A stretch of 64,000 bases of DNA from Rebecca billardiae RCC1528 (GCA_965240325.2 OZ251226.1:2914001-2978000); one strand, 5' to 3'; shown: positions 46,897 through 59,443, counted from the stretch's first letter. Translations and numbers: made by a program. Notes: generated from the sequence alone by a model not told the origin.

Positions 46897-47231
46897 ACTT
46901 TGAAGCCGTGACGACCGCACTTTCCGGCCAAGGCCACGACGACTCCGCTCGGGAGTCGGGAGTAGTCGGGCTGCGGGGCTGACGAGGCCGAGGGCCACTG
47001 AGTTAAAGCAGTCTTGCAAGCTTATTACGACTCTTATTAATAAAGTCGGACACGACACGTACGTGGGCCGACCGCCGCCTGCGGTGGCAACGCCTGACGG
47101 CATGGCGTCACATCACACACGTGACGATGAATGCCGATGAAGGCGGTCGTGAAGGAAGGTAGGATGCAAGCTGCATGTAGCTTGCATCGGGCCATCAGCG
47201 CCGCGGAGCTAAATATTCTGCCGACCGTGGA

Positions 47232-49783
47232 TTACTTTGCTGCCTTGCCCTTGACGGGGATGGCCTGCATCTTCTCGAGCGCTTGGATCTCGGCTAGGAA
47301 GGTTTTCTCCTTCTTCGACATCCAGTCGGCTGAATCGACGAGCTCCTGCGCGCGCCGGGGCGAGACGGGCGGGTGCACGCGGCTGAGCCCGCGCCTGCGC
47401 ACGTGCGCGCGGGTGGGTAGCGCGCGTGCACGGGGGCAGCGCTGCGAGCGCGTGCGCGGTGGAAGCGCGCACCTGGACGCGGTGTGCGTCGAGCGGGATG
47501 TACGAGATATCCGTGTCCTCCTCCTCCTCGCCCTCGGGCTTGGCCGACTTCTTGCCCTTCTTGCCCTTCTTGCCCTTGGCCCCCTTCTTGGTGGCCGCCG
47601 AGCTAGGCCGCGCCGAGCTAGGCCGCGCCGAGCCGGGCCGCGACGCGGGCTTGGAGCCCGAGGGCGGCGGCGCGGCGGCGGCGGCGCCCTCGGGCAGCAT
47701 CTCCGCGAGCGGCTTCGGCTTCGGCGGCGGCGGCGCGAGCGCCGCCTTCTTCGCCTCCTTGGCCGCCTTCTTCGCCTTCGCCAGCTTGGCCTTCACGTTG
47801 GCCTTCCACTTGGACGCGAGCCGCGCGGCCGTTTTCGCGGGCGTGTCGCCGAACTTGTTGGCGCGCGCCAAAGATCTGCCAAAGCCTGCGCGCGTGCGCG
47901 CGGCGCGGCGAAGCGCGCGCGGCGGAGGGGCGCGTGGCGACCGGTGAGCAGCGCGCCCGCGCAGCCGACGTCGAGCCAGGCGCGGCGGCCGCGAGGTGGC
48001 GCGCCTGGCGCGGCGCGCGCGGAGGCGTGCTGAGCGCACCCTTTGTGCACAGCCAGTCGATCAGGCCGAGGTGGCCCGCGCGCACGGCGACGTGTATTGG
48101 CGTGTCCGCATTCAGCGTCGTCACCGCGTCCTTCCACAGCAGCCCCCGGTCCACGTACATCGCCTTCACCGCCTCGATCGCCGTGCGGTTGCCGCCGCGC
48201 ACCGCGCAGTGCAGGCAGCTCATGCCGAGCGCGTTGCGCCGCACGATCGACGCGCCGCGCTCGAGCAGCACGCGCATCATGTTGAGGTCGCCGGTGAGCG
48301 CGGCGTAGTGCAGGCCCGTGTCGCCCGTGTGGTTCGAGATGTCCACCGGGCAGCCGTGCTCGAGCAGCAGCCGCGCGCACGGCAGCCGGCCGTTCCACGC
48401 GACACGGTGCAGGCTGGTGTCGCCGTACACGTCCGCTGCCTCGATGTCCGCGCCGCGCAGCAGCAGCGCCGCGGCGACGGTGAGGCGGCCGTTGGCGCAC
48501 GCCTTGTGCAGCGCGGTCGCCTTGACCAGGTCGCGCGCGTTCACGTCCGCCCGCTTGTCGATCAGCGCGTGCACGCAGCGCAGCGAGTCGCGCGTGCGGA
48601 GGACGCGCGCGCGGGAGCCGTACAGCACCGGGTCGATCGACAGGTCCGCGTCTGCGCCGTAGTCGGCCTCGAGGGTGCCCGTGCCGCGGCGGGCGAGGTT
48701 GGGGCCGGTGCCGCGCGAGCCGCGGCGCTCGAGCCCGCCGCGCGAGGCCGTCGGGTGCGCCGGCTCCGCCCGCGGCAGCTGCGCCTGGTACGAGCGCCCC
48801 TGCTCGGTGACGTACGCGACCATCCGCGTCGCGAGCTCGACGTGCATCGAGCGCACGCCGCGGTGCGCGCTCATCATCTCGAGCTGCAGGTCGTCGGAGA
48901 GGACGACGCCGCCGGCGGTGCCGGGCGAGGCGGCGTTTTTGCGCGCAGCCTCGAGCGTCGCGGAGCTCAGCGCCATGATGTCCAGCTGCGTCTGCCGCGC
49001 GCCCTTTTCGGGCTGCGCGGGCGACAGCTGCGCGAGCCGCACGGGCTGGCAGCTCACGTGGAAGCACTCAAACGCCGTGCCCGTGAGCACGTCGCCGTCG
49101 AGCATCTTGGGGCCCTCGTACGTGACCGTGATCAGCTTCACGTCGCCCCACTGCTCCGCGATGCACGCGCGGCGCAGCGCGAGGTACACCGCCGTCGACC
49201 ACTCGGCCACCGAGCCGGACGCGTGGCCGGTCGCCGCCTCCGCCTCGCGCAGCTCCTCCTCGCCCCGCTCGGCGCGCGCGGCGTTCTGCACGCTCTTCCG
49301 CGGCACCATGATCTCGATCAGGCAATCGTCATCCACGAGCGCCGCGTAGTGCAGCGGGACCCAGCCGCGCAGGTCCTGCTGGTGCATGTGCCGCGGGCCG
49401 TCAGGCGTCTCGAGAAGCCGCTCGACCTCGACCGCATCGCCAGCTGCCGCCGCGTCGTGCAGCAGGCTCGATCGGTACTCGACGCGGATGTTGTCGGGGT
49501 CGTTGTCACGCTGCGCGATCGGCCCTTCGCCGGGCTCGATGCGCCCGCCGGGTCCATCGCCCGACCGCCGGGCAGTGCTCGCGCGCCGGTGCGAGCGCCC
49601 AATCAGCCCCGACTTCTTCTCCGGCACCTTCTCTTGTCGCTCGCGCTCCTCCTGGAGCTCTCGCGCGACGGCACGCTCCAGGGTGGTCTCCTCGCGGATC
49701 GTCTTCTGCGTCGCGTGGTACACGAACGTGCGCTCGCGCACGCCCGACGCCGCCGGCGCCGACTGCGGCCGAGCGCTCGCCAT
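47232..49783 (-). CDS. Ankyrin repeat protein; introns 47886-48039 and 47346-47472
   Basis: Multiple G.T.LH.A ankyrin repeats and a Lys-rich C-terminus; the spliced stop is TAA at 47234-47232. Confidence 0.85.
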
Positions 49784-50692
49784 GGCGCCCGGCAAAACGG
49801 CCCGGTCGTGCTAGAGGCGTTTGATGCGAAAGGTTCTGCTTGATGACCCTTCTTGAAACATTGTTACCCTTGGTGGCCACTATTTGTCCGCGCTCGGAGG
49901 CACGCGCTCGGGAGCGCGCTCTGACACCACACGGGGAGGGTGCTGCACCTGGATGTTGTATCCCAATGAGAAGGATGGCTGCCGCGCGTTCGCTCATGAA
50001 CAGCAACCGGCGTGCACGCCCGGTACAGGCGCAGCTGGGGGTCATCGCTGCCAAGTGCCTACGTCGATGGCAGAGCCATCCCTCGCGATATGACTAAGAT
50101 AGCCCATCGCATGGAGGTGTCATAGCATCCGAGCCGGGTCAGCACTCGCCCGCGGCGGATGTGACTGCCAGTTTGCGCTACAGGGCGGCCGAGTCACGTT
50201 CAGTCAACCGCGGCAGGTGAGAGTTGCAGTAGAGCAGCAAGGCGCGCGTAGAGTTTGCACAGGCTTGCAGTAAGCTCCAACGCACACAGGGCGCGCACGC
50301 GTGGATCACTATGTGAGAGGCGGACGGTAGTGACCACGTTCAACGTAGGGCGGCCCCCCGCGGCCCCGGTCGGCCCTCGCGCCCGGGCGCTGTTACTCAT
50401 GTCAGATTCCACACAGCGCTGCGGGTAGTGACCCAGGGTACGAGTAGGTATGATACAGTAGGCGATGAAATAGCTGGTGCGGGTACGAAAGAGGCAATCC
50501 CAATAATCTGATGCGGTTTCGGCGCTTGACGTTGCAGTCCGCTTCGTCGGCCGCCCGGCGCCCGACCGGGGCAACAGTGCAACACTTTGTTCCTCTCGAC
50601 AGTCGACACATCGACCAAGGGCCTTGTCGGGCCCACCCCGAGGTGGGCGTCGTTTCACACGGCGCGCAAGCGCATCTGTGCGGTGTGTACCC

Positions 50693-51603
50693 ATGGGCGC
50701 GGCCGCGAGCGTGCGCCTAAAGGAGCAGCTCGGCAGCTCGGCCCGACAGCGCAAGTACGCCCCGGGCGCCTCTGCCACGGCAAGCGAGCGCGGCGAATCA
50801 AAAAACGCAAAGGATGCTGCGGCCGAGCGCGCGCGTCGCCAGGAGGCCGAGGATGACAGCTCGACCCCGCAGAACGTCGCAAAGAGGCGACCGCAGATGG
50901 ACGCAGATGCAGACGCGGTCGAGCCGCTGGACTGGGGAGTGCAGGGCGCGCGTGACGATCGGAGCTCTCCGCTGGGCATCGACGAGCTCGTGCAAGCGGA
51001 TGAGCTCGAGGACCGCCTCCAGCCAAAGGGCACGCGTGCCGCTGCCCGGCCGCAGGACGCGGATACCTGGCGACCGCCGGCTGACGGCAAGAATGCAGGC
51101 CGTGGACATAAGACCACGCTAGTCGTGGATCAACATGTGCGTGGCGCGCGTGCACGCGTGCGCGCGTGCACCGTGCAGCCATGGCTGATGGTGTGTCTGC
51201 TTGCTCCCTCCCTGCTCGCCCCCGCGCGCTGTGCCGCAGGTTGTCGGTGCAAGGTCGCCCAAGAAGGCGCCCGCAACGACTACCAGCCCCGTGGGCGAGG
51301 GCTCGCTGCTCTCCGGCAGCGCGTTGAGAGGACTTCAGCCGCAGGCGCCGCCAGTGGAGCCACTCCAGATGAGCGATGTGATGGACGACGAGCTGTGAGT
51401 GAGCGTCACGTGCCCACACGGGCGCTGTGCGAGGCGCTGGGGCATGGGGAGTACGCACCACGCGTAGCAGAGGACGCCACGCTCGCGTGCTGCCCATCCC
51501 CGCAGGCCACCCACCGAGCTGCTTGCTTACGAAATCGGCATGGGCCGCGCTGCAGCCGCAGCGCGGAATCGTACGTGTACGACGCCAACGACTCGCTCAC
51601 TAG
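50693..51603 (+). CDS. Hypothetical protein with MGAAAS (possible N-myristoylation) start; spliced, 3' end uncertain
   Basis: ATG 50693; probable introns at about 51137-51239 and 51395-51505 with GT/AG ends. Confidence 0.45.
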
Positions 51604-52448
51604 TCACTTAGCTACTCGGCGGCGCCGCCAGCCCGGAGCCACGACCCGCCGGGCACCACGGCGGCGGTTTATTGACTGCCGAGGCGGTAGGCACTGTCAC
51701 TTTCATCCTCTCCGAATCCGAGGTGACTTTGACTGAGGCTGCCGTAGCGGCCCCTCGGGCGCGCCGGCGGCGGCGCGGACCCCGCGGCGGACCGCCCGGC
51801 CCGAGTCCGGGGCCGGGCCGAGTCGGGCGCGCCAGAGTGGCGAGTGACCCGGTAGTCATCAGCTCAAGTCGGCCACGGTACCACTAGTTATAGTAGTAGT
51901 ACTACCAGTACGACCAGGGCCGATTCGCCATTCGGACTCAGGCCCGCGGCCGGCAAAGTACCGACCGTGTCCGTACCGTGAGTAACTGCACTCTGCAATC
52001 TGCATGCAGATTGCAGATTGCAGAGCCGAGCCCCGAGTGAGAGAGAGACGCGGCGCGCCGCCGGCGCCCCGGCGGCGCCGACGCGCGCGATGCCAGCGGC
52101 TCAGAGTTCCAAGTCTAACTACCGCCCCGGAACCGGCACGACCGCGCCCGGGCCCGCCGCCGCCGGCGCCGCACTCTCAAACTAGTGCGCGGATTGGCCC
52201 GCGGATACCGCCATTATACCGCGGCCGCGGGCCGCCGCAGCGGAAACTGTCCAGGCTGCCGCCGCCGACGCGGCTCGGCCCGACTTACTCAGTTACTCAC
52301 AGCACGGTGACAGGGCACGCTTAGTGAGCTTACACAGCCTCGCCAAGCCCTGGTGAGGGCTAGCGTCAAGGTTGGAGTTGAGGTGTGCGGCGGCCGCCCG
52401 ACGCAGATGGCGCGGCGGCCTAACTGGGGCTTGCTTCGTTCGAATTCG

Positions 52449-53411
52449 TCAGCGCTTCTTGGCGACGACCATGCGGAACTGGTTGGAAGGCATGATCACG
52501 TGGCCGTCCGGGAGCAGCTGGTCCTTCTCCACAACATGCCGGTGGAATGCCTTCTCGGCCACCTCGTACACGTCGGACCGCCCGCTGTCCGCGACGTCCT
52601 GCAGAGCCTTGGCGATGGGCAGCATCGACAGCTTGAATGCGCCCGGTTCGGCCTCGAACTCGATGTCGTATTCGCTCGTGGCCGTGTTCAAGACGCTCAT
52701 CCCGCATTGTTGCAGGATGTCCTCGACCACGCCCGGGTTGGCGAGCGAGTGCGCGTTGATTGGCGGCGGCGGCGGCTCTTCGCCGAGCACAGCCCTCATC
52801 ATCGCGCGCGAGCTCTCCATGTTCGCGATCTTCAGCCAGTGCGTGAAGATGGCGCGGCCGCCCGGCTTGAGCACGCGCGCTGTCTCCTTGAAGGCCGCCT
52901 CCTTGTCGTCAAAGTGCATGTACCCGTGGCAGCAGGTGACTACGTCGAAGGTGGCGTCCTCGTAGGGGAGCTTGATGGCATCCGCCAGCTCGCACTTCAC
53001 GTTGGGCAGGCTCTTGGCCCGATGCACGGCCTTCTCGTACATCTTCGGCGAGATGTCGGTCGAGAGCACCTCTGCGCCGGGCAGCCGCGTCGCGATCAGC
53101 ATGGCGGGCTCGCCAGGGCCAGAGGCGATGTCGAGGATCTTTCCCTTGCCCGAAGGGAGCGCATCGACGGCCGCCTCGATCATCATCGGCCAGGGACCGC
53201 CCGGCTTGCCGTGTTGCTTGAAGATGTAGTCGTACAGGTCGGAGTGATCTTCGTCAAAGAGCGAGAGACTCGCGCGCCGCTTGAGCGCGGGGTGCGCGCC
53301 GGTGGAGAGATAGCGCGCGCATCGTGCGGCGAGAGCGCCGACGAGCGGGCGGAGTGCTGGCGCCGCCGCCGCGACGACGGCAGGCGGCAAGTGTGCGCGA
53401 GCGAGGAGCAT
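52449..53411 (-). CDS. Class I SAM-dependent methyltransferase (UbiE/Methyltransf_11/25-like), probable mitochondrial presequence
   Basis: KILDIASGPGEP, TDISPKM, ADAIKLPYEDATFDVV and ETARVLKPGGR motifs. Confidence 0.92.
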   Translation of the reverse strand: MLLARAHLPPAVVAAAAPALRPLVGALAARCARYLSTGAHPALKRRASLSLFDEDHSDLYDYIFKQHGKPGGPWPMMIEAAVDALPSGKGKILDIASGPGEPAMLIATRLPGAEVLSTDISPKMYEKAVHRAKSLPNVKCELADAIKLPYEDATFDVVTCCHGYMHFDDKEAAFKETARVLKPGGRAIFTHWLKIANMESSRAMMRAVLGEEPPPPPINAHSLANPGVVEDILQQCGMSVLNTATSEYDIEFEAEPGAFKLSMLPIAKALQDVADSGRSDVYEVAEKAFHRHVVEKDQLLPDGHVIMPSNQFRMVVAKKR

Positions 53412-53541
53412 GTCGGGTCGTCGTTGGCGCGACGCAGACGGCCGATCTGGGAGCCGGCCGAGTGGAAGGCCGCAAGCGCCGCGCAGGCGCGCACCGAAGT
53501 TAGCTACTTAGCTAAGTTAGCTCCGAAGCCGTAGCTCCGAC

Positions 53542-53551
53542 AGCCAATCAG
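53542..53551 (+). promoter_or_regulatory. CCAAT box (AGCCAATCAG) about 130 bp upstream of the methyltransferase start
   Basis: Matches the NF-Y consensus RRCCAATCAG; positional evidence only. Confidence 0.35.
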
Positions 53552-53901
53552 CGCGCGCGAACGCGACTAGTTCACTCCCAGTTCAGCCAACCAAACGTGA
53601 TGACGGCAGGAACCGCCGCCGCCGCCAGTTTGCCACGGCCCTTGCAGAGTTGCTCGCGGTACCTTTGTCCACGTTGGTTTGACCAAGGAATTGAAAGGGG
53701 AGTGGGTAGGGCTGGAGGCTTCGGCCGCCAGTCTGATCACCCGGAGCCCGTTATAAAGGGGAATTTAAAAGTTTGACCTGGCGGAGTTACGTATTGTAGT
53801 GGACCCGGAATTCGCCAAGACGTCATCGGTCATGCAGCCGCTGTTGCAAGGCCTGTGACAAGCCAGGCCACTCACAGTAGAGGAGTGAGCATCTCGCCGC
53901 G

Positions 53902-55650
53902 TCAGCCCTGCGCCAAGGCGCCGCCGCCGAGCGGCACCAGCGCCCACAACGCGGCGAGCGCGCGCAGCAGCACCTCGACCTGCGCCGGCTCGGGCGTGGG
54001 CGGCGCGGGCACGCCGCACATTCGGTGGGCGCTCTGCGCGCACACGCGTGCGGCGCGCTCCACGTCAGCGTCGACTGCGCGCAGCTCCTCCGCGGCGTCA
54101 CGCGCAAACGCGCCGAGCCTGCGGCCGAAGAGCGCGCTCTCCGCCGCGTGCGGCGGAGGGGCGCGCGCGCGCGCGTAGCTGCCTGCGCCCGAGCCGGCCC
54201 CGTCCTCGTCACTCGAATCGGTCGACAGCGCGGGCGCGGCACCGCCCGCCTCCGCGCCGTGACCCGCGCGCGCGGCACGGCGCGCGGCCACGCGGACCGC
54301 CTCGAGGCCAGCGCGCAGTCGCGCGCCCGCGCCGGCGACTTCGGCTCCGACCGCTGCGGCGTGCGCCCCCGGCGCGGAGGCGGGCGCGCGCCGCACCGCG
54401 CCGTCGGCGTGCGTGGGCGCTGCGCCGCACGCCTCGTCGAGCGCGCCCAGCGCGGCCGCGAGTGCCGACGCGCCGCCGCCGCTGCCGAGCGCGTGGAGTG
54501 CGCGCCGCGTGGACTGGGTGCCCGGGGCCGGGCCGTCTCGCGCGAGCGCCTCGAGCGCCTCGGGCGCAGGGCCGGCCTCAGCGCCGCCGCCGCCGCCGAG
54601 GAGCGCGCGCAGGAGGGTGCCGAGCAGCGGCGTGGCGCTCGCCGCGCGCGCGCCGTGCGCGGCGCGCGACGCGAGCCTGCGCGTGCGCGCGGCCGCGGGC
54701 GCGAGCGTGGCGTGGAAGGCGACGCAGTACAGCCGCTCGGGGGCGTCGGGCACGCGAGCGAGCGCGCACACGAGCGCCTCGGCGCGCGAGATCGGCCTGC
54801 GCCCTGCCGACTCGGCCGCGGCGCCGCGCGCCAGCTCGAGCTCGGTGGGAGCGACCGCGGCAATCAGGCTGAGCTCCGTGTGCGAGGGCGCGCGCTCGGC
54901 GCCTCTCCACTCCAGCGTGCGCAGCGCGCGCGCGAGCGCGGGCGCGCTGACGTCGACGCGGCCGAGCGCGGCCTCCATCTCGGCCTCTCGCCGCCTCGTG
55001 AGTATGCGCTCGTGCTGCTCGAGCACGGGCCGCCGACCTGCGCCGCCGCGCCGCGCCGCCCTCGAGCTGGCGAGGCGGGCGTCCTCGGGCTCAGCCTCGT
55101 CCGAGGAGGCCGAGGCCGGCGGGACGGCTGGATGGGCCGCGCGGCCGCCGATGAGGTGGCGGGCTGTGGAGCCGTGGCGCGCCGCGTCGAGCGCATCGGC
55201 CACACGCCTGGAGGACGCGAGCGCGCGCTCCACCGCCGGTCCGCCCATGGCGCTGCCCACGTGTGGCGCGCGCGCGCGTGACTGCTCCCGCTGCCGCGAG
55301 CGCTCCTGCCGCTGCGCCGCATGCTCGCCGTCATGCCCGGCGCTCGATGGCCGCGCACAGCATGCGCCCTGCGGCAGAGTACTGTCGCCGGCGCCCGGTG
55401 TGCGCTCGGTCGCGCCAGCCGCGGGAGCTGGTGGCACGAGCGGCTGCCGCGGTGGCAGTCGCTCGGCCGGCGAGAGCGCACGCAGCCGTCTCGCCGCCGT
55501 TGCCGCTGGGTGTGCCAGAGGAGAGGCGAGCGGCAAGCCGAGCTCGCAGCCCAGGCGACGTAGACGCTCGCGCGCCCGATGGTTGGCATGGAGGCATTCC
55601 ACTGCGTCCGCCCGCGCCGCATCGACACTCGCGAGCACGTCGGCCGCCAT
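53902..55650 (-). CDS. Degenerate formin homology 2 (FH2) domain protein
   Basis: ILT.RR..EM...L, APTELEL, SRAEAL...LARVP...ERL..VAF and LF.RRL.AF..DA.EEL occur in FH2 order; no FH1 polyproline. Confidence 0.6.
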   Translation of the reverse strand: MAADVLASVDAARADAVECLHANHRARERLRRLGCELGLPLASPLAHPAATAARRLRALSPAERLPPRQPLVPPAPAAGATERTPGAGDSTLPQGACCARPSSAGHDGEHAAQRQERSRQREQSRARAPHVGSAMGGPAVERALASSRRVADALDAARHGSTARHLIGGRAAHPAVPPASASSDEAEPEDARLASSRAARRGGAGRRPVLEQHERILTRRREAEMEAALGRVDVSAPALARALRTLEWRGAERAPSHTELSLIAAVAPTELELARGAAAESAGRRPISRAEALVCALARVPDAPERLYCVAFHATLAPAAARTRRLASRAAHGARAASATPLLGTLLRALLGGGGGAEAGPAPEALEALARDGPAPGTQSTRRALHALGSGGGASALAAALGALDEACGAAPTHADGAVRRAPASAPGAHAAAVGAEVAGAGARLRAGLEAVRVAARRAARAGHGAEAGGAAPALSTDSSDEDGAGSGAGSYARARAPPPHAAESALFGRRLGAFARDAAEELRAVDADVERAARVCAQSAHRMCGVPAPPTPEPAQVEVLLRALAALWALVPLGGGALAQG

Positions 55651-56030
55651 GAGTTTCAAGTCGTCTTTGACTTGACCCAACCAACCGTCGACCGTGCGTG
55701 GACAGCAGAGAAGCGCCGTTGCTGATTTTCCGGAGGCGCGCGCTCGCTTTCTCAGGTCTGAACCGCCGATAAAAACCGCTCACCTGAAACGGCCGTGAAG
55801 TCTGAAACCCACGTGAAATAAGGGGGCTGGTATCTTGATGACTCAACACTGGTGTGTTTGAAACTGCTGAAGCTTCTTCACATACGGGGCCATCCGGTCG
55901 CGAAGCATTGATCATCAGCGATGCGCACCCGCTGTGATATGCGAGTGGGTACTAGCGGCTGTCGAAGAGGAATCAGGGTGGTTGCGGCACCCGCGTTTTG
56001 GCGCTGCTTCGTTAGACGCAATAATCAAGA

Positions 56031-56039
56031 CGGCCCTTG
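56031..56039. mobile_element. Possible asymmetric excision footprint CGGCCCTTG with 7-bp direct repeat ATCAAGA
   Basis: ATCAAGA(56024-56030)-CGGCCCTTG-ATCAAGA(56040-56046); the right end matches CCCTTG and the left end is truncated. Confidence 0.45.
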
Positions 56040-56130
56040 ATCAAGAGCGCCGCCGCTGACAAGCCAGCGCAAAACATTCGCCCGAGCAGCACCTGGAAGC
56101 GCAGGAACGCACGCCGGCGGCCAGCCGACG

Positions 56131-59100
56131 ATGGTGGATCCCGCCCCCGCCGATGACGTCACGGATGCTGGCGACGTGGCATCCGCTCTGACAGACGCGT
56201 CCGTACGAGAAGCTGACCCGCCGCCGCCCCGCTCGTCGCGCGCTCGGCACCCGCGCGGCATTCGGGGCGGGCGCGGCCAGAAGCAAAAGAAGCTGTGGCA
56301 TCGCGCAATGCAGGCGCTGCGTGGGCATGGACCGTGGGAGGTCCTGCCCGAGATGGGCGCTGTGTACCTGGCGCCGCCTGTGATCGCCCCGCCCCCGCCG
56401 CCGCCCCCGCCGCCGCCGCCATGCCTGCCGCCGCACCTGACGACGATGAGCTCAGAGCCTCCGCTGCTGCCAGGCGCGTACAACGGCGGATGCTCGCCGC
56501 CGAGCGCGCGGCGTACGATCAGCGCACCGCCGGCCGAGCACATGCCCGTCGAACTCGGCTTCGCGTCGGCCGGTGCCCCCATTCCGATGAGCGCGCGGGC
56601 GGCGAGCAGGGGTGCGCGGCCGCCGCCGCCGCCGCCGCGCGGTATGCCGCCGATGCCGCCGGGCGTGGCCACCGTCCCTTTCGCCGTGCCGCTGTCGCCG
56701 TTCCCGTCGGCGCTTGCTCTGGCGCCACACCTGCCGGCCGCCGAGCTCGCCGCGCACATTCGCGCCCAAATGTGCGCGCGCGCGCGCGCGCGCGCGCACT
56801 GCGCATGTTTCGCGCTGACCCTTTGCCGCGCTCGGCCGGCGCGCGGTGGCGCATGGCTGCCCGCCCGCCTGCGCTGCGCCTTGCCCCCGCTGCGCCCCGT
56901 GCGCACTGCATCCTCCCACCCTCACCCGCCGCTCGCCCGCGCCCGCCCGCCCCCGCGCCCGTCTGCGCAGCGAGTTTTATTTCACCGACGAGAACCTTGT
57001 GCGAGACAGCTTCCTGAGGCGGCAGATGGACGGCGAGGGGTGGGTGGGCGTGGACGTGATCACGTGCTTCAACCGCGTGCGGCAGCTGTGCGTCGACCCG
57101 GCCTTCGTCGCGGCGTCCGTCGCCGGCTCGCGCGTGCTCGAGCTGCGCCTCGCGCCGCACCCGCAGTGCGCGTGCGTGCGGCGCGCGCACGACTGGGCGC
57201 GCTGGGTGCACGAGGTCGAGGCGGCGCCCTCCATCTCCTCGTCCGGGCGGAGCGCGTGCGCGGCGGGCGAGCTGAGCGGCGAGGAGGAGGACGACGCGGA
57301 CGGCGGGGACCTCGCGCGCTCCGAGGCGTCGACGCGGCTGCTCCGCACGCGGGCGCGGGCGCTGGGCGCCGCGCCCGCGGCCTCCTGCGGCACGCCCGCG
57401 CCGCTTGCCGCGGGTGGCATGTCCCCCAAGCCCAGCGTGCAGCGAGGGCGCGTGTCGTCGACGGCGTCGGGCACCGCGCCCGTGCTCGAGGACGATGACG
57501 ACGAGAGCCACCGCGCGGGCACGCCCGCCCAGCGCCCCGGCTGCCCAGCGAACGGCGCGTCTGGCGACACCGCCGCGGGCCTGGCTGACGCGCGGCGCGC
57601 GCCGAGCCCTGCGGCAGGGGCGGCTGCCGTGACGGCCGGGGCTGCGGCCGAGGAGGAGGAGCGCTCGGCCGAGCAGCCCGGCGCGGGCGACGGCGCCGCC
57701 GAGCCGAGCGACGCCGAGCCGCGCGCGCGCGCGAGCGCCGCCGTCGAGGCGGAGGCCGACGCTGCGCACACGGCGCCGCTGCCCTCTCCGTGGCTTGCGG
57801 CGGCGGCGCGCGGCGCGGCGCGCGCCGAGGCTCCTGCCGCGCACGGCGCGCGCCCGGCCGCCCCGCAGAGGCCCGCGCACGCCGCGCCGCCCGCGCTCGC
57901 ACCGGTGGCGCGCGCGTCGCCCGTGGAGGACGCGCCGGCTGACGCGGGGCGGCCGCCGCGCACGTCCACCGCGCCGAAGGGCGAGCACGCGCGCGGGGCG
58001 GGCACCGCCGAGACCGGCTGGCAGCCGGGCGGCGGCGCCGAGGGTCAGAGCGGCGCGGATGCCGCGGCGGGCTGGACTTGGGTCGGCGGGGGACGCTCCG
58101 CCTCGCGCCGCGCCGAGCCGTCGCGGCCGGGGCCCGCGGAGGAAGCGGCCTCGGCGCAGGCTGATGGCGCTGGAGGGCCGGGCGCAGCCGTTGTTGTGGG
58201 CGAGTCTGCTGCGCAGCTGAGCGCGCCGAGCGCGCCGCCGGCTGGCGCACGGCAGGCGGACGGAGGCAGCGCGGATGGCGCGGCCTCGCTGCGCGCGCGC
58301 GGCCCGCAGCTTGGCGGCCGCGGTGGCAGCGGCTCGCCCGTGCGCGAGTGTGCGGAGCCGGTGCCGACGGCGGGAGCCCGCAAGGGCGGCGGCCGGCGCG
58401 GCGCGACCAATGGCGGCCGCACCGCGCACATGACGGCTGGCCCGGTGCCGGCGGTGCCGGCTGCGGCGCCGCGCGCCGCGTCAGCCGACGCTGAGCAGCT
58501 CGACGCGGCCGCCCAGGCTGCCCGCGGCGCGCGGCGCGCCGAGCTGAGGCGCGGCGTGCGAGGGGCGCCGCCGGCCGCCGCCGCCGCGTGCGCCAAGCCG
58601 CGCGCACACCCGGCCGGCGGCGCGAAGCCTGACGCCGCTGTCGCTGCTGCCACGCACGCGTCGCCACCGCACTCGTCCTCCTCAGAGTCTGACGAGGCCG
58701 TGCTGCCTGCGAGGCACAGCGCACGCGCGGCGCACGCGCGCACGGCCGCCGCCGGTGCCGCGGCGGGCGCAGCGGCGGCGCGCCCGGCGCCGGTGCCGCC
58801 CTCGGCGGCGGCGGCCGACGAGGCAGCAGCGGGCGGGCGGGCTGCGCCCGGCGGCGCGCCCGCCGACCGCTCCGCTCTGCTCGTGACGCGCGGCGCGCGC
58901 GTGGGCGGGCTGCGCGCGCGCAAGCTCGCGCTCGGTGTGGGCAGTGGCACCACCGCCGTCGCCATTGACGACGCGAGTGTCAGCCAGCGCTCGGGGCTGC
59001 GGCGCAAGCTCGCGGCGCGCAGGCCGGCGCGTGCCGCGGGGCGCGCACGCGCGGGCGGCGGGCTGAGCGGCGCGCTCGTGTGCGCCGCGCACTGCGCGCT

Positions 59101-59443
59101 CAGCGCGCTGCGCTGGCTCTGCTCGGCAGAGGCGCGCGCCTTGTGCGCTGAGGTGGCAGCGGTGTGCGCCGCGTTGCGTGCTCTGCCCTGCGCCGCGCCG
59201 CGTGCCAGGGGGCAGCCGCTGACCCATGCGCGCGCCCCGTGTGCGCCGCCGCATGCGCAGGCCATGCTGCCCCATCAGCGCGCAGGCCGCGCCCTGCTGC
59301 TCGCGAGTGCCTCGGTGCTTGCCCTGCTCTGCGCCTGGATGCTCGTGGCTGCAGCACGCGCAGGAGATGGCCTTGCGCCGGCCGGTTCCTCCCTCGCAGC
59401 CGCCGCGCCGGATGCGCCGTGGGCCGAGGCCGGAGCCGCCTGA
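56131..59443 (+). CDS. La-motif RNA-binding protein (LARP-like) with C-terminal hydrophobic helix; intron 56772-56970 and a probable second intron ending at 59260
   Basis: Splicing gives IRAQIEFYFTDENLVRDSFLRRQMDGEGWVGVDVITCFNRVRQL, a La motif. Confidence 0.85.

Noticed and set aside
50616-50626. CAAGGGCCTTG upstream of the 50693 gene
   Set aside because: Position and sequence fit a footprint, but no 7-bp TSD is present.
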